A stretch of 64,000 bases of DNA, from IMG/VR virus record IMGVR_UViG_3300044833_000114, positions 29,932-93,931 of that record, one strand, 5' to 3'. Made by a program: the position numbers and the translations under genes. The notes below the pieces were generated by a model. It did no database searches. It saw only the letters and a list, made by a program, of their open reading frames with translations, and was not told the origin of the DNA. Source of the DNA: a virus. Positions within the stretch are counted from its first letter, which is position 1. The number at the start of each line of letters is the position of its first letter. Positions 1-10,134 of the stretch are shown here, piece by piece.

Positions 1-2
1 CC

Positions 3-551
3 CCACCGCCACCTCTCGCTGCGAGACCGCGTTTTAGACCGGTAACAGTCTTGGATTTGCTAACCGGCACGACGGGCAGTGGGTTAATTGCACTATCGTC
101 AAGTCCGACAATCTCGAACCCCTTAATCGCAGGGACGATCACAAGTTACAACGGCACCGCCACCGTAGGGGCTGGAATCCCTAGCATAGTCGCGCAAGTC
201 AACAACACTACAGCATCTGCAAACATTGGGACCACAACGCTGTTCTCACCTCAAGCAGCCGGACTCTACCGAGTATCTTACTCAGTAATCGTAAAGACGG
301 TAGGTGGAACATCAACGTTGCCGAATTTGACTTTTGTCTGGACCGATGCCGATAACGCTACATCGCAGTCCGCAAGTTTCGCCGCAGGCACACCTACAGC
401 AAACACCCTCACGACTTTGTTTACCGGGACTCAAATTATGTCTGTTAGGTCTGGAACCCTTATTCAGTACAAGACGGGCGATGTAACAGCATACGCGTCC
501 ACAGGTGCTGCGATGGTTTATTCAGTACGTATCAGACTTGAGGCTCTCTAA
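3..551 (+). CDS. Tail fibre / receptor-binding protein, C-terminal part (frame is open to the window edge)
   Basis: Thr/Gly/Ser-rich, beta-strand-like sequence; no stop between position 3 and the listed TTG at 51; precedes the virion/lysis genes. Confidence 0.55.
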   Translation, partial: PPPPLAARPRFRPVTVLDLLTGTTGSGLIALSSSPTISNPLIAGTITSYNGTATVGAGIPSIVAQVNNTTASANIGTTTLFSPQAAGLYRVSYSVIVKTVGGTSTLPNLTFVWTDADNATSQSASFAAGTPTANTLTTLFTGTQIMSVRSGTLIQYKTGDVTAYASTGAAMVYSVRIRLEAL

Positions 552-563
552 AAGGATCGTAAC

Positions 564-926
564 ATGGCACCGTCAAAAACAAATCAATCGCTCCTCATGG
601 AGCTAGTCTCTGGACAATCATCCCTCGTGACCGAAGTGAGGATGTTGAACACACGTCTGTTCGAACAGAACGGAGTAATTCCGAATCTCTATCAGAAGCA
701 CGAAGAAGCAATGAAAGAGATTCAAAACGCGAAAGACAAAGTCACAGACGCCGTCAATGAGTTGAAGAACACAGAACTAAAAGAGCACGACCAAAAGATC
801 GGGGATCTGGAAAAGAAAACCTCTCTCGTGTTGTGGCGCACAGCTCTCATAACCAGCGTCGCCGGTTCGGGTGTGGGAATCGGAGTCACAATGTTATTCA
901 AAAAGATTTTCAAGGTCTCAGTATGA
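564..926 (+). CDS. Coiled-coil protein with a C-terminal TM helix (holin/hemolysin-like)
   Basis: AAGGA RBS; heptad-rich middle; hydrophobic C-terminal LITSVAGSGVGIGVTMLF followed by KK. Confidence 0.45.
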   Translation: MAPSKTNQSLLMELVSGQSSLVTEVRMLNTRLFEQNGVIPNLYQKHEEAMKEIQNAKDKVTDAVNELKNTELKEHDQKIGDLEKKTSLVLWRTALITSVAGSGVGIGVTMLFKKIFKVSV

Positions 927-1345
927 ACATTGACTTTCGCGAACCCAACGAAGCAGATCTCCCCCATATTTCCCGATGGATCACAGAGGACTCCTGCCCA
1001 CAGCATCACGGAGTGGATCCAAAATTCTGGTTGCCCGAAGTAGACAAAGACGGCAACCGAACTGTTGGGACCAAGAGCATCGCGGTCACTGAAGCCGGCA
1101 AACCGGTCTTCTACCTGAAGCTCGAGAACGTGATGCGCTGCTACATCCAGTTCCCTCCTGACGCAGAGCGGGACAAGCTGACTACTTCTATCGCGCTCAA
1201 GAAGGCGTTCCTGACCGTGGCCGCTGGCGCGAAAGCACTCGGATATCGCGAAATGATTTTTGAAACAAAGTCGGAAGGACTGGCCGGATTCTTTTCCAAG
1301 TTTAATTTCACCCCTGTCGAAAACAATTTTCTTGTGAGGATTTAG
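923..1345 (+). CDS. GNAT-like acetyltransferase (podophage gp13-like position)
   Basis: ATGA overlap at 923; 'FREPNEADLPHI' start and 'AKALGYREM...FFSKFNF' end fit a GNAT fold; lies just before the ejection genes. Confidence 0.5.
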   Translation: MNIDFREPNEADLPHISRWITEDSCPQHHGVDPKFWLPEVDKDGNRTVGTKSIAVTEAGKPVFYLKLENVMRCYIQFPPDAERDKLTTSIALKKAFLTVAAGAKALGYREMIFETKSEGLAGFFSKFNFTPVENNFLVRI

Positions 1346-2008
1346 ATGAGTACCCTAATCGAATTCAAATACGTTGGACCAACCTACACCAACTGCGATC
1401 CCTCGAACGCACAGAAGGGCGCGCTGTCTTCGGACCAGGGTTGGCAGTCCACACTGACCAACTCCTACAAGAGCGTCTTCGGTCTCGGCACCCAAATGTA
1501 CCAGAAGCTGTCCGCCGGACTGGACAGCGTCATCTCTAAGGGCCGCGAAGCCATGGGGTACAGCCCTCAAGAATTGGCGCTGAAGAACTCTGAGGCAATC
1601 AATTCCGCAGCTGCGTCGGCGAAGTCTGTCAATCGCGCGATCGGAGCAAAGGCCGCGACGTCGAGCGCCACACCTGGTGTTGAGTCCGGCGTAGTTCAGG
1701 CTGAACGCGCAGGCGCTGACACCTCGATCATGAACAATCTTTCGAACAAGGAAGCCGACATCACAGAGTCAGGGTTTCAGGTTCAACGCGAGGGTTTCGA
1801 CAAAGCCGTCGCCGAGAAAGAGGGATCTCTGTCCGCTTCTTTCAGTCCGTCGACGTCGATGGACTCGGGCATCAATTCCGCAAACGCAGCTGTTTCGGAG
1901 CAAGCGAACGCCAACGAGCAGCAGAGTAGCTCGTGGATGGGTATGGTCGGCGGTCTCGCTGACTCTGCCGTCGGCGGACTGTCCCAAGGATTGGCGAAAA
2001 AGATTTAA
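1346..2008 (+). CDS. Putative ejection / DNA-transfer (internal virion) protein
   Basis: Ala/Ser/Gln-rich helical protein with a Gly-rich hydrophobic C-terminus (WMGMVGGLADSAVGGL); genomic position. Confidence 0.5.
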   Translation: MSTLIEFKYVGPTYTNCDPSNAQKGALSSDQGWQSTLTNSYKSVFGLGTQMYQKLSAGLDSVISKGREAMGYSPQELALKNSEAINSAAASAKSVNRAIGAKAATSSATPGVESGVVQAERAGADTSIMNNLSNKEADITESGFQVQREGFDKAVAEKEGSLSASFSPSTSMDSGINSANAAVSEQANANEQQSSSWMGMVGGLADSAVGGLSQGLAKKI

Positions 2009-2025
2009 TTCAAAGGAGAAAGGTC

Positions 2026-2442
2026 ATGGCAAACACTAAGCGCATCGAAGCCCTAGCCGACGGAATAGCATTCCTGAACAGAATGCACGACCCGGCATCG
2101 GACGCGTATCAACTACGCAATCCAGGGCTCGCAAGAGCCTACAGCTACCGGCATCTCGGAGAAGTAGACAACAAGGGTCGGAGAATTTTCACCTCGCTCA
2201 TCGGTGGTTACCGGTTCCTGATTCAGGACCTGGAGCGAAAATGTTCCGGACAGACTCGGGCTAACGGCTACAACGGAAAGCTCCACAACAACGACAAGCT
2301 TCCCGATCTGTTGAAGACCTTCAAACTCGACAATATCGAGGACGGTCACATCTTCACACTGCTCGACTTTTTGGACAAGGCATTACCTGGGCAAGGCGTA
2401 TCGTCCCAGACTCAACTCTCGTTTTTTCTTGAGGAAAACTAA
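2026..2442 (+). CDS. Virion-associated lysozyme-like / hypothetical protein
   Basis: AGGAG RBS; 'RNPGL...GRRIFTSLIGGY' resembles NNPGN-type phage muramidases. Confidence 0.3.
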   Translation: MANTKRIEALADGIAFLNRMHDPASDAYQLRNPGLARAYSYRHLGEVDNKGRRIFTSLIGGYRFLIQDLERKCSGQTRANGYNGKLHNNDKLPDLLKTFKLDNIEDGHIFTLLDFLDKALPGQGVSSQTQLSFFLEEN

Positions 2443-2444
2443 TC

Positions 2445-4502
2445 ATGGGCGACGCACAACAGCAACAAGTAGATCCCGCTTTGTCGAATGTTTTGGAGAA
2501 AGCCAACGTTCCGCTCATCACTCCGCAAGAGGACCAGGAACAAGTCGCGCGCGCCGCGCAACCTGCCGCCCAGCCCGCAGCGGCTCCTGCTGCTGGCGGT
2601 GCACCTAGTGCTGCACCCGCTCCGGCTCCAGCTGCCCCGGGGGCTGCGCAGCCAGCTCAACCCGCGGCGGCAGGAAGCGCTCCGGCCCAAGACCAGAGTC
2701 GCCTCGGAAACATAGAGGATAAGGGCAAGCACGTCCTCGGAGACATCTTCCAAACTCTCGCCGGCGGCAAGAAAAAGGAATGGCAGCAAACGCCTAACGG
2801 GCCTGTCGCCACTTACCGCGACCTCAAACCTGGTGAGATGGCTCAAGGTATTTTGGCTGCGGCGATCACCGGTCTGGCTTCCGGCTACGACCCGAAGAAC
2901 CGCGGCAAGGGTCCGGCGATGTCGTCTGCGTTCAGTGCTGGCTTCAAAGGTGAGCAAGAGCAACGCGACAAGCAGGCCGACCAGAAGGAACAAGAAGCTC
3001 AGAAACAATTCAGCAATCAGAACCTGTCCGACGAGATGGTTCTCAGAAAGCAGAGGGCTGCCACCGAGCAGCAAGAAGCGGTCCAGAGAATGTCCAAGGA
3101 CGCCCAGGAAATCCAGCAGATTCAACAGAGGGCTGCAGAAGGAAAAACCCTTTTTGATGAAGGTCAGAAAGATCGCATCATCAACCAGGTCGGAGCCTTC
3201 GAATCCAAGAAGACGGCCGGATGGACTGAGATCCCTCACCCTGTTACGCCCGGAGAAAGTTTCGGGTTTGCTGACATGAAGGAAGCGCAGGAGTACGCCA
3301 ACAAGTATGGCGCTCACCTGCTTAACCCCGGCGAGTTCAACACAGCTCCTGTCTACAATCCGGCGAGCGGCCTGTGGGTTCCGATGCAACAGCCCAAGGG
3401 CTACGACGAACTGAAGCAAGTTCGTTTCGCGAAGATGGAGAACGGGCAGCCCGTGAAGGATCCGAAAAACCCCGGCAAGTATTTGTCGGATGGTTCGAAG
3501 GACGCTACCGGACGCGCGATGACTCCGGCCGAGATGACGAACAAGGACTACGAGAGCTGGTTGACCGGCGACTCGAAAATCAGAATGGACAAAGCCACAG
3601 CTACTGAAAAGTATGCCATGGCATCCGAGCTGATTGCCAAGCAACAGAAAGACAAGATGCTGGCGCAAGCTGATTCTCGATACGCCGACGCCGGCGGTGA
3701 TCCGTTCGCTGTCAACATCAAAGACGGAACATGGACCATGACAGACGGAGATCGCAGCCGCTTGAGAAACGCGGCCGTGAGCAATCTCGCAGGAATGGAG
3801 AAGGCTCGCGAAGCAGCGCAGAAGGAACTGGAGAACGCGAGTACGGCAGATGAAAAAGCCGCAGCAAGAGCGACCTTCGAGAAGGCTGACCAGGGTTGGA
3901 ATTACTACAACACTCAGCTATCCACGTTGAACGGTCGCATCAGCAAGGCGGGTTCTTTGGCCAACTCCTACATCAGGAACTTCTCTGATGAGAACGGGTA
4001 CAGCGGAGATAAGGCCCTGGAGAAGTTTGACGAAGCTGTCAAGCGCGGGGACTACAAGACCTCGGGCATGACGCCCGAAGAACTCACGCGGACTCGAGGG
4101 AATCTTCTCTCAGCTCAATCGAAGGCCGAGGCGGCTAAGAAAAATCCACTCCCCGCAGACCCGATGGCTCAGAAAGCGATCGCACTGTTCCAGAACACAC
4201 CGAAGGAACAGATCGCCGGACACATCTCTGACGCGGTGACGAAGGGGACACTGACCGCAGACCAGGGTGACCAGCTCTACAAATACTACCAACTCACTCC
4301 TCCACCCTCTAAGTCTCAAAGCAAGGCTCAGTCGTCGCTGGAAGGTATCGGCTCCAACTACAGCATGGTGCAAATGCCTGACGGCTCTCAGCAGAAAATC
4401 GGCAACGACCTGGTGTCTGAGTTCGTTTCAAAAAGAGGCGCCAAGCTAATTGGTCAGGGAACCGACGCACGATCCAGCACGGAAGTTGAAAGAGAGAAGT
4501 AA
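2445..4502 (+). CDS. Putative ejection / internal virion protein (685 aa)
   Basis: GAGGA RBS; Ala/Pro/Gln low-complexity N-terminus; coiled coils; sits between the small and large ejection-type genes. Confidence 0.55.
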   Translation: MGDAQQQQVDPALSNVLEKANVPLITPQEDQEQVARAAQPAAQPAAAPAAGGAPSAAPAPAPAAPGAAQPAQPAAAGSAPAQDQSRLGNIEDKGKHVLGDIFQTLAGGKKKEWQQTPNGPVATYRDLKPGEMAQGILAAAITGLASGYDPKNRGKGPAMSSAFSAGFKGEQEQRDKQADQKEQEAQKQFSNQNLSDEMVLRKQRAATEQQEAVQRMSKDAQEIQQIQQRAAEGKTLFDEGQKDRIINQVGAFESKKTAGWTEIPHPVTPGESFGFADMKEAQEYANKYGAHLLNPGEFNTAPVYNPASGLWVPMQQPKGYDELKQVRFAKMENGQPVKDPKNPGKYLSDGSKDATGRAMTPAEMTNKDYESWLTGDSKIRMDKATATEKYAMASELIAKQQKDKMLAQADSRYADAGGDPFAVNIKDGTWTMTDGDRSRLRNAAVSNLAGMEKAREAAQKELENASTADEKAAARATFEKADQGWNYYNTQLSTLNGRISKAGSLANSYIRNFSDENGYSGDKALEKFDEAVKRGDYKTSGMTPEELTRTRGNLLSAQSKAEAAKKNPLPADPMAQKAIALFQNTPKEQIAGHISDAVTKGTLTADQGDQLYKYYQLTPPPSKSQSKAQSSLEGIGSNYSMVQMPDGSQQKIGNDLVSEFVSKRGAKLIGQGTDARSSTEVEREK

Positions 4503-4515
4503 AAGGACTCGATAA

Positions 4516-7500
4516 ATGTCTTCATCTAATCCTCTCGACGCTTTGACTCCTCAGAACCCGACCACCAATCTAGGGGGTCAGCCCATGCCATCGGGCAACC
4601 CTCTAGATCAGTTATCGAAGGAGAATCAAACTCCTTCGCTGCCTGCACCGACTGCGATGTCGCAAACGGCGCCGGTGAACGGGAATCCTTTGGACCAGCT
4701 TCTGACCAAACCTCAGCCGGCGGAAACACCGGTAGCGGCTACCATTGCGCCCACCTCTCTTGCAACGACAGGCGCAGTCGCAGGTAACCCGCTCGATAGT
4801 TTGAATCCGCTCGATCGGCTTTATCCGGCCGGAAGAGTGTTGACCAACAAAGAAGCTGCGTACGGAAACAGCGATCCAGAAAAGATGGAGGACGAGCCCT
4901 GGTACAGCAAGGCGTGGGAGTGGATGGACTCTCCGCTTTACGATTTGCACAAATGGGGTACGCGCACAGGTGCGGGAACATTTGAGCGCGGACTCGAGAC
5001 TGGGTTGGAGGATATCGGATCAGGATTCCTGAGTCCCCTCCAACTCGGTCTAACAATCGCCACGTTCGGCGGCAGCACCGTGGAAGCCGCGGGGATCGGA
5101 GCCCTGCGGTCTATCGGTGTTTCTGAAATCGCTGCGCCGATCGTGGCTCGCGGGGCGAAGGCCTTGATGACCGCAGGTTTCAGCGCACAGATGATCGGCG
5201 GGATGCTGCAGCAGTCCCCGCAGCTCCTGGACGCGCTGAAAGACGGCGACACAGAGAACGCAACCAGGCTTGCGACCAACATCGCGGCGTCCGGACTATT
5301 CCTGACGCAAGGCTTGAAGCACGGCTATGAAGACGTCAACGCCGTCAAGAACTACGTCAAGGGGAAGAACCTCACCACGACAGAGCGCTTGGCTCTGGTG
5401 ACGGAACTCTCCGGCAATTACGACGCTGCGAAAAGCGCAGGCACGGACTACGCGCGCAGCCGGCAGGAAGACATCGTCGCGCAGCTGAAGGCTGCCGGGG
5501 CGTTCGGCAACGACACCACCGAAGCTGGCATGCGTCACTTCATTACTCAGGGCGGCGACCTCGAACGCATCGCCAAGATGCGCGGCATCGCGGACGGCAC
5601 CATCAAGCCTCGGCCTCTGACTGCGGAAGAATCGGCTCAGCAGGACCAGGCGGCTGAACTGCGAGACTGGGCCGGCAAGAGCCACGACATCACGAAGAGA
5701 AACGACGGATCTCTGCAGACCTTCTATCTCGACGACAGCGCGCCGGGTACACACAAGCTGGGCCAGACGTTGTCTGCGTCCGGAGACAAGGACGACGCTC
5801 ACTACGTTCAGATGAAGAATCCTTTCTCTGTGCGGACGGAAGAGTCGTTGCAGAAATACATCGAGCAGGCTGGCGGCGAGGAAGCAGCGAAGAAGAAGTT
5901 AGCTGACGCCGGTTATGATGGCATCGTCTACAAGACGGCGGAAGACGAACCGAAACTCATCACCTTCGGGAACGATCAGTATCGCCCGGTGCCGGAGTTC
6001 AAAGCCGCGCACGATGCTGCGTGGAATCGCGAGCATGTGTACTACGCTGTCGACAAGAAGAATTTGGAGCATGTTCTAAATCAAGGTATCGGAAAGAATC
6101 CAAAGAAAGCAAACGTTGTGTACTCCGCTACTCCTGAGGAAGCTCTCAAGTCTGCGACACTACCAGACAGCGGAAAGAAGAGCGACCTCACCGTTCTATC
6201 AGTGCCACGTCAAGAAGTCGAAGCCGGCGCTCGCGAGACGAACGCCGCCATCCACGGAAAGCTTAAGCGCGGTGCGATCGGCCCTGTCGACGTCGCCGGG
6301 AAATCTCCTGTAGAGGGAGAGGTTGCTTACAGAGTGCGGGACGTCGGGGAGGAAGGAGTTCCTAGCGAGAGCCATTCTCAGGCCACGATGTCACTCTCCG
6401 AAGCCAAGGAAAGAATTTTCGACAGCCGAGGAAAAATCCAAGGCAAGCCTCAGGAGATCGTCGCCATTCCTTTGGGTGGATTAGAGTACGACAGGAAACC
6501 CGGCCCCAACGGAAACGACTGGGTCAAGTTCAAAAAGGATGTTCCGGAATCCAACGTAAAGCAGTTGTCAGATCTGGGACCTAAGCCTGTTGCGGATGAC
6601 ATGCTGATCACCGAGAAGCGGCACATGCCAGGTCACCTCCTGGAAATGGAGACCGACAAGGAAGGAAACCCCAAAGCGACCGGCCGCTCTTTCCCGCTGC
6701 GCCCTCTCGGCGCCGAAGATATGCCAGGTGACAACTCTCGTTTCAACAACAGCTACACCGAAGAAGAGAAGCAGAAATATCTCGCCGGTCTCGACGCAGC
6801 GCAGAAGCTCACGCCTGAACAGCAGCAGATCGCCCAGACGATCCGGAAGATCTACGACAACTCTTTCCAGCGCGCATGGGAGAAGGGTATGGTCCGCGAC
6901 TGGATCCAGTCCTATCACCCGCAAGCATGGGCCAGCGATCCCGGCGGGATGTGGAAGTGGTTGTTCAACAAGGACACCGAGAAGGTCACCAACGGCGCCC
7001 TGAACGACCTCCGTCACCAGACCAACGACGGGAGCTTCGACACCAACATCAACTCCGCGCGCCACCGCGCATTCAACACGGAGTTCCAGGGCATCATGGC
7101 AGGCGAGAAGTTCAAGACCGACGACCTGTCGATGCACCTGTTCAATCACCTCAAGGCCGTCGAGCACGCCGCAGCTGCGCGAGACTACCTGAACAATCTC
7201 CGCAAGCAAGACACCAAGGCTACCGACGGCAGGCCGGCAGTAGTCCTGCAAGGCAAGGCGCGAGTAATCGGCGGAGAAGAGAATCCAGCTGTCGCTATCA
7301 GCCCCGCGTCTGCGCAGTCTATCCGCATCACTCCAGAGAAGATCGAGATGATGCGTGTACCGGATCCCAAGACTGGCGTGAGCCCTCTTGAAGACGGCTT
7401 GGAGAAAGGCATCATTCAGAAACTCCCGTGGACCTCTGCTGACGAAAAGGGCAACAACGTTCCGGCGTACGCCTACACGTCTGACGGCTACGTCCTGATG

Positions 7501-9045
7501 GACCACCCGTCCACGCGCGCGTGGGGATACATCGGCCAAGACACCGCTGGCAACCCGGCGCTGATGGAAGGCAAGATGATGGTGCATCCGGATCTCGAGA
7601 AGGAAGTTCGTCGGGTCCTGGGCATCGATAAGTCCGTAGTTCGTGAGAGTAAGATCCTCAGCGGCATCAACAAGGCTGCAGGCGAAGCCAAAGGATTGAT
7701 GCTCTCCATCTCTCCGTTCCACATCGGGCAGGAAGGGCTGCGCGCTCTTATGGTCGGCATCAACCCGTTCAAGTACGGGCACATGGACATCAACGAAAAC
7801 CCCAACCTGCTGCGAGGCGTTAAGAACGGATTGCTGCGCAACGACTACCAGGCCGAGGACAACTACTCGAGCGGGTACGCAAGCCACAGCAAAATCATCA
7901 GCAAGATTCCCGGCCTCAACCGGATGCAGAGCGCGATGCAATCCTTCCTGTTCGAGAAGTACATTCCCGGACTGAAGGACCGCTCCTACTTGAAGCTGTA
8001 CGAAGACGTCCTCGCGAAGAACCCCAGCCTCCTTCCAGATGAAGCCGCGTCCAGAGCTGCTGACATGACGAACGATGTGTTCGGCGGACAGAACTGGCGC
8101 AAGCTCGGCGTCTCCGCCTCAACGCAAGACTTCATGCGGATGTTCGCTCTGGCTCCAGACTGGCTCACATCGGAAATCAGAATGGGTATGCGCGCGTTCG
8201 GAATGATGGATAAAGAAACCGGAGCCCTGTCGCGCCGGATGATGGCCACGCAGATGGCCTGCATCTGGGGTACAGCTCGCGTCATGAACATGATCACATC
8301 CGGCCAGATGCACAACGAGGCTCCGTTCGGCGTTGTACGGAAGAACGACAAGGGAGAAGAAGTCATCTACTCTGTTCGTACTCTTCCGACCGACATCGTC
8401 CACGCGCTGAGCGATCCCCGCGGATTTATCGCCGGTCGCGTAAACCCTCTCACCGTTCGTCCTGCCGTGGAATTCATTTCCGGTCGCGACGCGATGGGGC
8501 GCAGAGCTCCGATGGATGTGCAGGCTCACGACCTGGTTCGCAACGTCGTTCCGATCGTGGGACAGAACCTCATCAAGGGAAACGACGTCAGCACTCTCGA
8601 CCAGATCTATAAGGGCACGGGCGGGAACGTCTACCGCTACAGAACGGAAGCCGAGAAGATGGCAGAGCAGTACGCCTCCGACCGGATGCCGTCCGGCCCG
8701 GTGGACCCGGAGAATCTCCAAGCTCACCAACGGGAGATCCGTCTCGAGGATGCTTACCGCAAGGGGCAGATCGGGAAGGGAGAGCTCAAGCAGAGTCTGG
8801 CACCGAGACGTGTGGACGAAGTTGTCCGCCGCTCGAAGATGACCCCTCTGCAAGCTCGCTTCGATCGGCTGCCGATCTCGGAAGCCATCAACGTTTGGAA
8901 CTCCGCGACCGCACAAGAGAAGGACACGTTGCACGACGTGCTGTGGAAGAAGAAACGGGAATGGCTGAAGCTCCACAAACCAGCGGAGCGTTCAAGCGAA
9001 CCGGTGTGGCGCAAGATGCAGAACACCTGGGCTGACCTGCAGTAA
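4516..9045 (+). CDS. Large internal virion / ejection polyvalent protein (1509 aa) with ART-like segments
   Basis: N-terminal NPLD repeats; hydrophobic helices at about aa 170-270; 'HYVQMKNPF...GYDGIVYK' resembles the ART-PolyVal signature. Confidence 0.6.
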   Translation: MSSSNPLDALTPQNPTTNLGGQPMPSGNPLDQLSKENQTPSLPAPTAMSQTAPVNGNPLDQLLTKPQPAETPVAATIAPTSLATTGAVAGNPLDSLNPLDRLYPAGRVLTNKEAAYGNSDPEKMEDEPWYSKAWEWMDSPLYDLHKWGTRTGAGTFERGLETGLEDIGSGFLSPLQLGLTIATFGGSTVEAAGIGALRSIGVSEIAAPIVARGAKALMTAGFSAQMIGGMLQQSPQLLDALKDGDTENATRLATNIAASGLFLTQGLKHGYEDVNAVKNYVKGKNLTTTERLALVTELSGNYDAAKSAGTDYARSRQEDIVAQLKAAGAFGNDTTEAGMRHFITQGGDLERIAKMRGIADGTIKPRPLTAEESAQQDQAAELRDWAGKSHDITKRNDGSLQTFYLDDSAPGTHKLGQTLSASGDKDDAHYVQMKNPFSVRTEESLQKYIEQAGGEEAAKKKLADAGYDGIVYKTAEDEPKLITFGNDQYRPVPEFKAAHDAAWNREHVYYAVDKKNLEHVLNQGIGKNPKKANVVYSATPEEALKSATLPDSGKKSDLTVLSVPRQEVEAGARETNAAIHGKLKRGAIGPVDVAGKSPVEGEVAYRVRDVGEEGVPSESHSQATMSLSEAKERIFDSRGKIQGKPQEIVAIPLGGLEYDRKPGPNGNDWVKFKKDVPESNVKQLSDLGPKPVADDMLITEKRHMPGHLLEMETDKEGNPKATGRSFPLRPLGAEDMPGDNSRFNNSYTEEEKQKYLAGLDAAQKLTPEQQQIAQTIRKIYDNSFQRAWEKGMVRDWIQSYHPQAWASDPGGMWKWLFNKDTEKVTNGALNDLRHQTNDGSFDTNINSARHRAFNTEFQGIMAGEKFKTDDLSMHLFNHLKAVEHAAAARDYLNNLRKQDTKATDGRPAVVLQGKARVIGGEENPAVAISPASAQSIRITPEKIEMMRVPDPKTGVSPLEDGLEKGIIQKLPWTSADEKGNNVPAYAYTSDGYVLMDHPSTRAWGYIGQDTAGNPALMEGKMMVHPDLEKEVRRVLGIDKSVVRESKILSGINKAAGEAKGLMLSISPFHIGQEGLRALMVGINPFKYGHMDINENPNLLRGVKNGLLRNDYQAEDNYSSGYASHSKIISKIPGLNRMQSAMQSFLFEKYIPGLKDRSYLKLYEDVLAKNPSLLPDEAASRAADMTNDVFGGQNWRKLGVSASTQDFMRMFALAPDWLTSEIRMGMRAFGMMDKETGALSRRMMATQMACIWGTARVMNMITSGQMHNEAPFGVVRKNDKGEEVIYSVRTLPTDIVHALSDPRGFIAGRVNPLTVRPAVEFISGRDAMGRRAPMDVQAHDLVRNVVPIVGQNLIKGNDVSTLDQIYKGTGGNVYRYRTEAEKMAEQYASDRMPSGPVDPENLQAHQREIRLEDAYRKGQIGKGELKQSLAPRRVDEVVRRSKMTPLQARFDRLPISEAINVWNSATAQEKDTLHDVLWKKKREWLKLHKPAERSSEPVWRKMQNTWADLQ

Positions 9046-9060
9046 CAGGAGGCAAGACAG

Positions 9061-9315
9061 ATGAGCAGAACCACGACCAACACGGTGCAACATCCTGAGC
9101 ACGGCGAAGTAGACTGCGACCGTTGCCTCAGGAACGTATCCAATAGCCGACTGCCTGACGGCGGTATGACGGCTGGCTATTACGTGGTGACCGGCCAGAG
9201 CGGTTGGGCTGAGTTCGCCAACCCCGGGGAGCAGTACGTATGTGACGCCTGCATGTGGTCTGACCCACGGTATGCGGCTTCCTACCTGCTACGTGGTGCA
9301 CAGCCATGCAGTTGA
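9061..9315 (+). CDS. Small Cys-rich (2x CxxC) hypothetical protein
   Basis: AGGAGG RBS; CDRC and CDAC motifs. Confidence 0.6.
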   Translation: MSRTTTNTVQHPEHGEVDCDRCLRNVSNSRLPDGGMTAGYYVVTGQSGWAEFANPGEQYVCDACMWSDPRYAASYLLRGAQPCS

Positions 9316-9339
9316 CAGATCAAAAAGAGGAACTAATTT

Positions 9340-9753
9340 ATGGTGCCATCTGACTACGTAGTTTGCCAGCTCGCAAATTTGATGTGGAACGAAAGCCACG
9401 ACGACCTGCTGCTCGGCATGACGGTGTGCGGATTAATCGTCCGCAACCGCATGCTCGCCGGCTGGGAAGACGGGCAGTGGCTCCGCCTGATCCAGAAGCA
9501 CGACAGCTACAACATGACGGGCGCAGCGCCTCGCGTGTTGAAGATGGGAGACCCCCATCACGACCAGATGTTCCGTCGCTGCCTCGCCGTCGCAGAGAAC
9601 ATTTACAACGCGAGAGAAAGGGATATTTGCGAAGGGGCTGTGTGGTACGGCCGGCTCAATGAATGTTCGGATGAATTCAAAGAGAAAATTGTTCGACGCA
9701 TGGGCGAGCACGCAATGGTCGCCACCGTCGGAAGGAATGCGTGTTTCAAATGA
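9340..9753 (+). CDS. Cell-wall hydrolase, SleB/Hydrolase_2-like
   Basis: 'LMWNES...LIVRNRM...GAVWY...VGRNACFK' follows the Hydrolase_2 pattern (catalytic E, V..V..NR, GA..Y, IG.H.F). Confidence 0.55.
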   Translation: MVPSDYVVCQLANLMWNESHDDLLLGMTVCGLIVRNRMLAGWEDGQWLRLIQKHDSYNMTGAAPRVLKMGDPHHDQMFRRCLAVAENIYNARERDICEGAVWYGRLNECSDEFKEKIVRRMGEHAMVATVGRNACFK

Positions 9754-9980
9754 ACGACGATATCCGCAAGACCAAGTACACGAAAGCAGAAGTCGGCTAC
9801 AAGAAATCAGACGACCCGTGCAAACACCGCTGCGGGATCTGCGAGTATCATCTCCACGTCCCGGGGACATGCCGGCTGGAGTGCGGCATCGTTGCTGGGC
9901 CGATCCAGGACACGGATGGGTGCAAGCTCTTCAGCATCGACCTGGTCGACGCTGCGATGCATCCTTTCCCAAAATCGTAA
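9750..9980 (+). CDS. HiPIP-like (high-potential iron-sulfur) small protein
   Basis: K..V.Y...CxxC-x13-C-x12-C, with 'VAGPI...GC..F'. Confidence 0.55.
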   Translation: MNDDIRKTKYTKAEVGYKKSDDPCKHRCGICEYHLHVPGTCRLECGIVAGPIQDTDGCKLFSIDLVDAAMHPFPKS

Positions 9981-10134
9981 GCGTCTTCGGCGAATCACCT
10001 AGCAAACGAGACCACTCTTTCATAGTGTGTAGCTGTCCGCTCTGCAGAGCTCGCGCTATTCGCTCCAACACGCCGTCCGCATCCTGCGGTATCTTATCGC
10101 GTGGTGTCCAACGGTCAGCATATCTGTTTGGCAT

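Noticed and set aside
2439-8976. Long antisense ORFs (2439-3668, 6568-7941, 8119-8976)
   Set aside because: They are shadows of GC3-biased sense genes, with no RBS or recognisable motifs.
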